This document shows, in pieces, positions 8,499 through 15,630 of a DNA stretch of 46,227 nucleotides (the stretch's first letter is position 1; every line of letters starts with the position of its first letter). A model generated the notes under the pieces. It saw only the letters and a list, made by a program, of their open reading frames with translations, made no database searches and was not told where the DNA came from. The translations under genes and the position numbers were made by a program. Source of the DNA: Oscillospiraceae bacterium (lineage in GTDB: Bacteria; Bacillota; Clostridia; UMGS1883); contig JAFLUQ010000001.1 of the NCBI GenBank assembly GCA_022508735.1, forward strand, positions 1 to 46,227, written 5' to 3'.

Positions 8499-9094
8499 GC
8501 AATAAATATCTTTTGATTGCCATAGGGCTTTCTATTATAATATGTATTCCGTGGTTCGTAATGTACGAACGGAAAAAGGCTTCGGTCACCGAGGCGGTGA
8601 TCGTGGCGGTGATGGTGGCTTTTTCCACCGTCGGGCGCATTGCATTTGCGGCCTTTCCTCACTTTAAGCCCGTGACGGCCCTTGTGACTGTCGCCGGTGC
8701 GTCTCTCGGCCCGGGCGTGGGCTTCGTCACCGGTGCGCTGACAGCGGCGGTGTCGAATCTGTACTACGGGCAGGGCCCGTGGACAGTGTTCCAGATGGCG
8801 GGCTGGGGAATTATAGGTATGATTTCCGGTATTTTCGGGGAACATATCAGGAGCAGTTCTCTTCGGCTTGCCGCCTTCGGCGCCATGGGCGGAGTGGTGT
8901 TTTCCCTGATCATGGATGTTTACACCCTGCTCTCTACCGATGAGATGTTTAACGGCGGCAGATTTCTGTTTTACGCTGCGGCAGGCCTTCCGGTGACGCT
9001 CACCCATGCCGTGAGCAGCGCGGTATTTCTTTTGATTCTGGGAAGACCGTTTTGTAGAAAACTATCACGCATAAAGCGAAAATATATCGATTGA
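8495..9094 (+). CDS. ECF transporter substrate-capture (S) component-like membrane protein, specificity unknown
   Basis: ATGA overlap with the ATPase gene. 199 aa with about 6 predicted helices and small-residue-rich TM segments (VTALVTVAGASLGPGVGFVTGAL, WGIIGMISGIFG). Size, position and topology fit an S component. The family was not identified. Confidence 0.6.
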   Translation: MSNKYLLIAIGLSIIICIPWFVMYERKKASVTEAVIVAVMVAFSTVGRIAFAAFPHFKPVTALVTVAGASLGPGVGFVTGALTAAVSNLYYGQGPWTVFQMAGWGIIGMISGIFGEHIRSSSLRLAAFGAMGGVVFSLIMDVYTLLSTDEMFNGGRFLFYAAAGLPVTLTHAVSSAVFLLILGRPFCRKLSRIKRKYID

Positions 9095-9105
9095 GGTATA
9101 CGTAT

Positions 9106-10389
9106 ATGAAAAGTCTGATGATAACGTTGCTGGCGGCAATAATAATGTGCCTTCCGGTGCATGCCACCGAAGTTTCGCTCTACAGCGCCGACGGTCGGGA
9201 GATCGTTGTAAAAAGCGAGGACGAGGAGCGCATGCGCGCTGAGGGCTGGTACGGTTTTGACGAGGTCTATACTGCCCTCTACAGTGAGGATGGCCGCGCC
9301 ATAAACGCGCTTAACTCCCGTATTGAGGAGTGGAAAAGCGTTGGCTGGTACGAAAATATTGCTGACGTGCAGACCATGCTCTACAGCGCCGACGGCAGGG
9401 AGCTTACCGTGTGGAACGCGGATGTGGAGGCCTTCCTTCAGGTGGGCTGGTTCCGTACGCTTGAGGAGGTTCAAACCACGCTCTACAGCGCCGACGGCAG
9501 AGAAATAACCGTGTGGAATGCGGACGTAGAGGCCTATCTTCAGGTGGGCTGGTTCCGCACCACTGAGGAGGTGCAGACCACGCTCTACAGCGCCGACGGC
9601 AGGGAAATAACCGTGTGGAACGCAGATGTGGAGGCCTATCTTCAGGTGGGCTGGCACAGAACAAAGGATGAGGTGAGAACAGTGCTCTATAATCAAAACG
9701 GAGAAGAAAAAGCAGTATGGAACGCCGAGGTAGACGCCTATCTTGCGGCGGGCTGGCTAAGGGAAAAACAAAGGCCCGGCATTGACCCGAACAGACCTAT
9801 GGTGGCGCTTACCTTTGACGACGGTCCCGGGCCCTATACCGAAAAAATTCTGAACTGCCTCGTGGAAAATAACGCCAAGGCCACGTTTTTTGTGGTAGGA
9901 AACCGCCTCAAGACCTATTCCGGTCAGCTCAAGCGAGAGGCGGAGCTGGGCATGGAGATAGGCTGCCACAGCTGGAGCCACGCCAATCTGACCACTCTCG
10001 GGGCCTCGGCGATCTCCTCTCAAATTAAGGATACTAATAATCTTGTGAAGGAGCTTACGGGAGTATACCCGGCCACGCTGCGCCCTCCCTACGGCAGCCA
10101 TAACGCCGCCGTTCGTTCGGCAGCCGGCGCGCCGATAATACTGTGGTCCATCGATACTCTTGACTGGAAAACCAAGAATGCCGACTCCACCTATAACAGC
10201 GTGATGAACAACGTGAAGGACGGCGATATTATCCTTATGCACGACATTCACTCCGCAACGGCAGATGCGGCCTTGCGCATAATTCCGGCGCTTATTGAGC
10301 GGGGCTATCAGCTCGTTACCGTCAGCGAGCTCGGTGAATATAAGGCCGGAGGCTTAGGCGCCGGGCAGGTGTACGGAAGAATAAACTAA
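9106..10389 (+). CDS. polysaccharide deacetylase (NodB homology domain) with an N-terminal tandem-repeat region, secreted
   Basis: Start moved to ATG 9106 (GAGGT 8 nt upstream; signal peptide MKSLMITLLAAIIMCLPVHA). NodB motifs are present: TFDDGP, HSWSH, LRPPYG and ILMHD. Confidence 0.85.
   Translation: MKSLMITLLAAIIMCLPVHATEVSLYSADGREIVVKSEDEERMRAEGWYGFDEVYTALYSEDGRAINALNSRIEEWKSVGWYENIADVQTMLYSADGRELTVWNADVEAFLQVGWFRTLEEVQTTLYSADGREITVWNADVEAYLQVGWFRTTEEVQTTLYSADGREITVWNADVEAYLQVGWHRTKDEVRTVLYNQNGEEKAVWNAEVDAYLAAGWLREKQRPGIDPNRPMVALTFDDGPGPYTEKILNCLVENNAKATFFVVGNRLKTYSGQLKREAELGMEIGCHSWSHANLTTLGASAISSQIKDTNNLVKELTGVYPATLRPPYGSHNAAVRSAAGAPIILWSIDTLDWKTKNADSTYNSVMNNVKDGDIILMHDIHSATADAALRIIPALIERGYQLVTVSELGEYKAGGLGAGQVYGRIN
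9178..9786 (+). repeat. six tandem coding repeats of 99-102 bp (33-34 aa, LYSADGREITVWNADVEAYLQVGWFRT.EEVQTT)
   Basis: CTCTACAG.. unit starts were read at 9178, 9277, 9379, 9481, 9583 and 9685. The three central copies are nearly identical at the DNA level. Confidence 0.8.
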
Positions 10390-10423
10390 CCAAAATAGGT
10401 GTCTTGCGGTAATATTTCGTTTG

Positions 10424-12793
10424 TTATTGTTCGTAATCCGGGCTGTTGTCCGTCAGGGCCCACATATCTATCAGGCTGTCGCCGTCTCCCGCATTCACGG
10501 AGGGGATAACACAGCCGTCACATACAAACTGAATGTCCGAGGAATACAGGGTCAGCGTCGGGCCGCTTTCGTTGTAATTTTTCATGATCATCCAGCCGGT
10601 GTCCTCCGGCAGAGAGGCGGTAGTGGTACGGGTCTCGGGGTCCCAATCAAAAGTATAGCCGCATTTTTTCAGGTCGCTTTCTAAAGCGAACCAGCCATAA
10701 TGGCTTGCCCCGTACTTGTTTTGCTTCTCTACGCGGTAAATGGGGATCAACACCCCGTTCACCGTGGCGTTGATGGGATTGATGGCCCGGCCTATGGCCG
10801 TTGACTCCTCGCCGGGGGAAATGATAGACGGCAGGAATATATTGTCGCCGCTTTGCAGGAACTCATGGGTGGCCGATCCCTGCCGGCACAGGAGCACTGT
10901 GGGCGTTCCGGCCACACGCTCCATATTGTCAGGCAGTATCAGTGCGCCAAAGCCGCCTTGATATAAGTCAAGCAACTTCAGAGTGGAGGGCAGCTTTGCA
11001 CGGTGAACGGCTGAACTGAAGGCATTGCTGTTTATGACCTCAAGACCGTCGGGCAGCTCCAGCCGCGTAACATTGTTGCTGCCTATAAGCATCGCACCCG
11101 GCAGCTCGGTGATGCCCGAAGGAATATTCAGTTCCGTTAGGGAGGTGCATTCTCCAAAGGCACCGTAGCCTATTGTGGCAACGCTTTCCGGAAGACTTAT
11201 TTTCTGAATATACGGATTTCTGCATAGGGCAAAATCCCAGATTTCTGTAACACCTTCGGGCACGGAAAATTCCGCGCCCTTTTTACTTTGCGGGTAATAC
11301 ATGAGAGTTTTGCCGTCTTTGCTGTAAACAACTCCGTCAACGCTGGTATATAAAGGATTGTCTTGAGCCATCTCAATGGCCTCAAGCGAGGCCGCATATC
11401 TGAAGCTGTGCCGATCCAGCCCCGTCAGGCTCGAGGGCAAAATGAGCTTTTTCAGATATGAACGTTCGCTGTAAAAGCATAGGTTCACACTTTGAGTCCC
11501 CGGTAAAACGGTATATTCCGCGTCAGGTCGGGCGACAGGGTAAAATTTCAGCGACGGTTCGGTCTTGCTGTACATAACGCCGTTGTCGTCATAAAAGCCG
11601 GGATGGTCGGGGTCAATATGGATATAAGCCAGATTATCGGCCCAGTCGAAGACCTCTGCCGAGAGATTTTTCACTCCCGCAGGTATGTATATTTCTGTAA
11701 CGCCGCTTTGGCCGAGGCAATGCTCTCCGATGAGCTCGAGGCCCTCGGGCAGAGTTATTTCTTTAAGGGAGGAGCAGCCGTTAAACACTTCTGCGCCCAT
11801 GAAGGCAAGGCTCTCAGGCAGGGTCAGCCCTTCCAACGAGGTACATTCCGTAAATACACCTCTGCCCAGCTCCGCTATTCCCTCGCCCAGCTTAACCTCC
11901 ATAAGCTTATCGCACCCTTTAAATGCCATGTCGCCAACCTTGCCAACGCTGCCGGGAACGGCTGCACGCACAAGATTGCTGCAGCCGCTGAAGGCGAAAT
12001 TCCCCAGCTCTTTCACGCTGTCGGGAAGAATCGCCTCAGTGAGCTTGGTTTCAGAGAAGGCACTGTTTCCGATTTTTGTGACCCCTGCCGGCAGCTCCAA
12101 GGTCTCCACAGCGGAGTCGTAGAAAAGCCGGGCAGGTATCTCTGTAATGTCATCGGGGAGCTTATATTTTTTCAGGTTTTCACAGCCGAGAAAGACCGCC
12201 TCGCCTATTTTACAGCCATTGGGCAGTGTTATTTCCTCCAGCTTTGACTGCTCGAAGGCGGAAGCCCCTATCTCATCTACACTCTCGGGCAGCTCAATAT
12301 GGATCAGTGCCGTGTATTCAAAGGCATGGCCTCCTATGTGATTTACCCGAGCAGGCAGATTGATTTGACTGAGGGCTCTACAGCCGTAAAAGGTATGTCT
12401 TTTGATTGATGTTATACTGTTGGGAAGCTCCACGGCCTCCAGATCTGCGCAGCCGTAAAAGGCGCCTTCACCGATCTGAGTGATCGTGGAGGGCAGACTG
12501 ACGCTTTTTGCGCCGGATACCCCATGAAAGGCGTTTACGCCTATGGACGTGACGCCCTCCTCAACCTTTATCTCCTTTATGACATCCCAATAGCTGCTCC
12601 ATTGGAACCGATAAAGATAGTCAGCCATCATGCCGCTGCCGTAAATGCGCAGAACACCGGTGTCGGTATTGAGCTCCCACCTTACATTGCTGCCGCCGTA
12701 ATAGCCGCAGTCTCCTCCCAGAACCTCAGCCGAGGCCGCAGAGCACAGGCTGAGCATAACTATTGCGAAAACCACTGTAAATAATTTTTTCAC
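10424..12793 (-). CDS. BspA-type leucine-rich-repeat (LRR_5) surface protein, paralog B
   Basis: Start moved to GTG 12793 (AAGGAG upstream; signal peptide VKKLFTVVFAIVMLSLCSAASA). The track ORF otherwise overlaps the upstream gene. Many units of about 23 aa have the form LP.S/GV..IG..AF..C..L. The C-terminal domain of about 110 aa is shared with paralog A. Confidence 0.8.
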   Translation of the reverse strand: MKKLFTVVFAIVMLSLCSAASAEVLGGDCGYYGGSNVRWELNTDTGVLRIYGSGMMADYLYRFQWSSYWDVIKEIKVEEGVTSIGVNAFHGVSGAKSVSLPSTITQIGEGAFYGCADLEAVELPNSITSIKRHTFYGCRALSQINLPARVNHIGGHAFEYTALIHIELPESVDEIGASAFEQSKLEEITLPNGCKIGEAVFLGCENLKKYKLPDDITEIPARLFYDSAVETLELPAGVTKIGNSAFSETKLTEAILPDSVKELGNFAFSGCSNLVRAAVPGSVGKVGDMAFKGCDKLMEVKLGEGIAELGRGVFTECTSLEGLTLPESLAFMGAEVFNGCSSLKEITLPEGLELIGEHCLGQSGVTEIYIPAGVKNLSAEVFDWADNLAYIHIDPDHPGFYDDNGVMYSKTEPSLKFYPVARPDAEYTVLPGTQSVNLCFYSERSYLKKLILPSSLTGLDRHSFRYAASLEAIEMAQDNPLYTSVDGVVYSKDGKTLMYYPQSKKGAEFSVPEGVTEIWDFALCRNPYIQKISLPESVATIGYGAFGECTSLTELNIPSGITELPGAMLIGSNNVTRLELPDGLEVINSNAFSSAVHRAKLPSTLKLLDLYQGGFGALILPDNMERVAGTPTVLLCRQGSATHEFLQSGDNIFLPSIISPGEESTAIGRAINPINATVNGVLIPIYRVEKQNKYGASHYGWFALESDLKKCGYTFDWDPETRTTTASLPEDTGWMIMKNYNESGPTLTLYSSDIQFVCDGCVIPSVNAGDGDSLIDMWALTDNSPDYEQ

Positions 12794-12804
12794 GTTACCA
12801 CTCC

Positions 12805-15168
12805 TTAATACAATTTCATATCGGCAAGAGCGTTCAGCTCGATTATACTGTCGCCGCCGCCTACGTTTATGGATGGAATAGCTACTCCACCCCTGATGAA
12901 CCTTATGTCTGAGGACCATATGTCCAGAGTCTCGGTCTCATCGGTAATTCCGTCCGGCAGCGATACCGGGCTTTCCCATTGAACACCCTCCGGCAAAATG
13001 ACGGTGGTGGTACGAGCCTCGGGATCCCACTCAAAAGAGAAGCCGCAGCTCTTAAGATCGCTTTCCCGAACGAAAAGAGCGTAGGCATAGTTATGCGTCC
13101 TGCCGTCAAGGAGCCGGTAAACGGGTATCTCTGTGTCGGAAACCTTCACCGTATACTGCTTTAGAACTCTGCCCACATTTGTGGACTCCTCACCGTTATT
13201 TATCACGGTAGGGAAGGCCATGAGCCGATCACCGATAGTCTCACCGGTGACGCTTTCCTTCTTGTATAGCATAAAGCTATAGCTGCCGCCCTCAACCGAG
13301 GTCAGGTTATCCGGCAGAGTCAGGACATTGGCTCTGCCCGTATAGTTCAGCACCGTAAGGCTTTGGGGCAGTTCCAGAGCATAGGGCGGTGTTCCAAAGG
13401 AGTCGTTTACAGCGGTCACTCCCTCGGGAACAGCAAGGGAGGTAATGCTTATGCAGCCCCTGAACAGGTCCTTGGGCAGCTCGGTAATATTGGGCAGGTT
13501 GACCTCCTCCAGCGCCTCGCAGTTCCTGAAGGCTCCCTCGCCCAGCTCCCTAACGCTGCCCGGCAGGCTTATCTTCACCAGAGCGCTTCCCATAAAGGCA
13601 TTTTTACCAATAGTCAGCACTCCTTCGGGCACAGAAAACTCCGCGTCTTCTCTGCCGGAGGGATAGCAGAGAAGAGCGCTCCCGTCACCGCTGTAGAGCA
13701 CGCCGTCTATGGAACACATATCCGCACCCTCGGCGGCAATATTCTTCAGCCCAGTGAAGCCCCTGAGGGCATCAATGCCAACGCTGCTGACCGAAGCCGG
13801 AAGAACGAGGGTCTCGAGATATGGATTGCTCTCAACAGCGTCAGCTTCAATGCTCACTGTGCCTGTGGCAGGAATAAACTCCTTCTGTTTATTTCCGTCG
13901 GGATAGAACAGAAGGTTCAGGTTTTTGTCATAGAGTGCTCCGCCGTGGCTGACATATACAGGATTGTAGGGATCCACATCAATGGCTTCCAGATATTTTG
14001 CCCCGTAAAATACCCTTGGGCTGAGATCGGTCACATTACTCGGTATATTTATGCGCGTGATGCCGCTCTCCGCAAAGACCATTTCTCCGATGTTGCGAAC
14101 ACTTTGAGGGAGGCTGATGCTTTTCAGCCTGCCGCAGCCCTGAAAGGCCCCGTCGTAAATGTCGGTCAGCCCCTCCGGCAGCTGTATGGAATCAAAGCCG
14201 CAGCTGCTAAAGGCGAATCTGCCTATTTGTGTCACGCCCTTGCCCATGCTGACGCTTGTCAGAAACGGGCAGTGTGCGAAGGCGAGGTCCTCTATAGTTG
14301 TGACGCTGTCGGGAATAGAGACATGGGTCAGAAAGGTGCTGGAGTAAAAGGCTTCCCGGCCTATGATCCTGAGACCCTCAGGCAGCTCCAGATGGGTGAT
14401 ATCGGTGTCAAAAAAGGCCTCGGCCCCTATCTTTATGACCCACTCGGGAATGATCAAAGAGCTTATATTTGCACCCTTAAAAAGTCCGTCGGGGATAACA
14501 GTCATTGAACGGGGAATGGTAAAGCTGCTGAGATATCTGCATTCCGCGAAAGCACTCTTGCCCACATTGCAGCCCTCGGGGATATGTATCTCTGTCAGGT
14601 GGGTGTAGGCGAAGGCGTTTTCTCCTATACTTTCAAGCCCTTCGGGCAGGCTTGCTGATGTCAGCTTTACAAAATAAAAGGCCTCGCTGCCTATCTCCCT
14701 TAGACCCGTTGGCAGCGTGGCGCTGCTCATGCCCACCTGCTGAAAGGCTCTTCTTCCTATCTTTTCTACTCCCATGGGCAGAGTAAGGGTTTCGCCATCC
14801 CACAGATGGTAGCAGTGGGCAAAGGCAGCGTCGCCGATCTCCTTCAGGGTGGAGGGCAGACTTATTTTCTCACTGCCGTTCAGAAATTCAAAGGAACAGT
14901 CGCCTATCCTTGTGATTCCCTCATCTATCTGTATCTCCTTTACCGTCGAATAGACACGCATACTGTTCCAGGGCTGATCCCAGTAGCTGTCATAGTCGGC
15001 TATGGCGCCATCGCCGTAAATGCGCAGAACTCCCGTGTCGGAATCCAGCTCCCACCGGACGCTTGTGCTTCCGTTGGCACCGCAGATGCCGCCCTGTATC
15101 CGGGCATGAGCGGTGGCCCCAAAGCAGATTGCCGCAAGAGCGAAGACTATGGCAAATATTTTCTTCAT
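12805..15168 (-). CDS. BspA-type leucine-rich-repeat (LRR_5) surface protein, paralog A
   Basis: Start moved to ATG 15168 (AGGAG 8 nt upstream; MKKIFAIVFALAAICFGATAHA). The LRR architecture matches 10424-12793. The stop lies 11 nt before the RBS and start of paralog B. Confidence 0.8.
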   Translation of the reverse strand: MKKIFAIVFALAAICFGATAHARIQGGICGANGSTSVRWELDSDTGVLRIYGDGAIADYDSYWDQPWNSMRVYSTVKEIQIDEGITRIGDCSFEFLNGSEKISLPSTLKEIGDAAFAHCYHLWDGETLTLPMGVEKIGRRAFQQVGMSSATLPTGLREIGSEAFYFVKLTSASLPEGLESIGENAFAYTHLTEIHIPEGCNVGKSAFAECRYLSSFTIPRSMTVIPDGLFKGANISSLIIPEWVIKIGAEAFFDTDITHLELPEGLRIIGREAFYSSTFLTHVSIPDSVTTIEDLAFAHCPFLTSVSMGKGVTQIGRFAFSSCGFDSIQLPEGLTDIYDGAFQGCGRLKSISLPQSVRNIGEMVFAESGITRINIPSNVTDLSPRVFYGAKYLEAIDVDPYNPVYVSHGGALYDKNLNLLFYPDGNKQKEFIPATGTVSIEADAVESNPYLETLVLPASVSSVGIDALRGFTGLKNIAAEGADMCSIDGVLYSGDGSALLCYPSGREDAEFSVPEGVLTIGKNAFMGSALVKISLPGSVRELGEGAFRNCEALEEVNLPNITELPKDLFRGCISITSLAVPEGVTAVNDSFGTPPYALELPQSLTVLNYTGRANVLTLPDNLTSVEGGSYSFMLYKKESVTGETIGDRLMAFPTVINNGEESTNVGRVLKQYTVKVSDTEIPVYRLLDGRTHNYAYALFVRESDLKSCGFSFEWDPEARTTTVILPEGVQWESPVSLPDGITDETETLDIWSSDIRFIRGGVAIPSINVGGGDSIIELNALADMKLY

Positions 15169-15250
15169 TTTCGTCACTCCTGTCTTCCGTTTATAATTTA
15201 GACGAAGAAGCTCCGAAAAAAGTTCCCATATTTTTGAAATTATTTACATA

Positions 15251-15287
15251 GAAAAACCTCCTACGGTTTTGTCTTACCATAGGAGGC
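15251..15287 (-). terminator. intrinsic terminator downstream of the SASP gene
   Basis: On the minus strand, CCTCCTATGG..CCGTAGGAGG forms a 10-bp stem with one G-U pair, followed by TTTTT. Confidence 0.6.
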
Positions 15288-15323
15288 TCTTTTTGTGGAG
15301 CCGTCAGGCGACCCCATATTTAT

Positions 15324-15527
15324 TTACTTGCTGGTGTTGGCAAGAGACTGCTCATAGGACTTGATCATGTTCTTAACCATCTGACCGCCTACGCTGCCGG
15401 CCTCGCGGCTTGTAAGGTTGCCGTTGTAGCCCTGCTGAAGGTTAACGCCAACCTCGCCGGCAGCCTCCATCTTAAAACGGTTCATAGCGTCTCTGGCCTC
15501 GGGGACCATCTGTTTGTTTCTGCTCAT
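15324..15527 (-). CDS. alpha/beta-type small acid-soluble spore protein
   Basis: 67 aa. It carries MVPEARDAMNRFKMEAAGEVGV and LTSREAGSVGGQMVKNMI, the conserved SASP blocks. Confidence 0.9.
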   Translation of the reverse strand: MSRNKQMVPEARDAMNRFKMEAAGEVGVNLQQGYNGNLTSREAGSVGGQMVKNMIKSYEQSLANTSK

Positions 15528-15630
15528 TTTAGTTTGTCTCCTTTTAAAGTCTTTTTAATCAAATTTATTTTAAAGCACCTCTTGGGTACAGGACTATTTT
15601 GCGCAGAAACTATATTTATAATCAGTCAAT

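Noticed and set aside
6750-9696. Long minus-strand ORFs (6750-7421, 8237-9007, 8971-9696) inside the ECF/deacetylase genes
   Set aside because: They are antisense to strongly supported genes. Their composition is the Arg/Pro/Gly-rich pattern typical of GC-rich antisense frames. They have no RBS and no motifs. The 8971-9696 ORF simply mirrors the tandem coding repeats.
9178-9786. Tandem repeats as a CRISPR array or minisatellite
   Set aside because: The units are contiguous with no spacers, are in frame, and encode a conserved peptide inside a gene with a signal peptide and a NodB domain. They are coding repeats.
12794-12919. 42-codon N-terminal extension of LRR paralog B, and similar track extensions at 15169-15177, 20332-20523, 21853-21918, 22564-22593, 37607-37774, 39234-39389 and 45143-45229
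   Set aside because: The extensions overlap upstream genes or terminators and lack an RBS. Each precedes an internal start that has a good Shine-Dalgarno and a signal peptide or a family-typical N-terminus.
11603-14508. Plus-strand ORFs of 214 and 381 aa (11603-12247, 13363-14508) opposite the LRR genes
   Set aside because: They are antisense shadows of the periodic LRR coding sequence. They have no start context and are low complexity. The LRR frames, by contrast, have signal peptides, RBSs and repeat logic.
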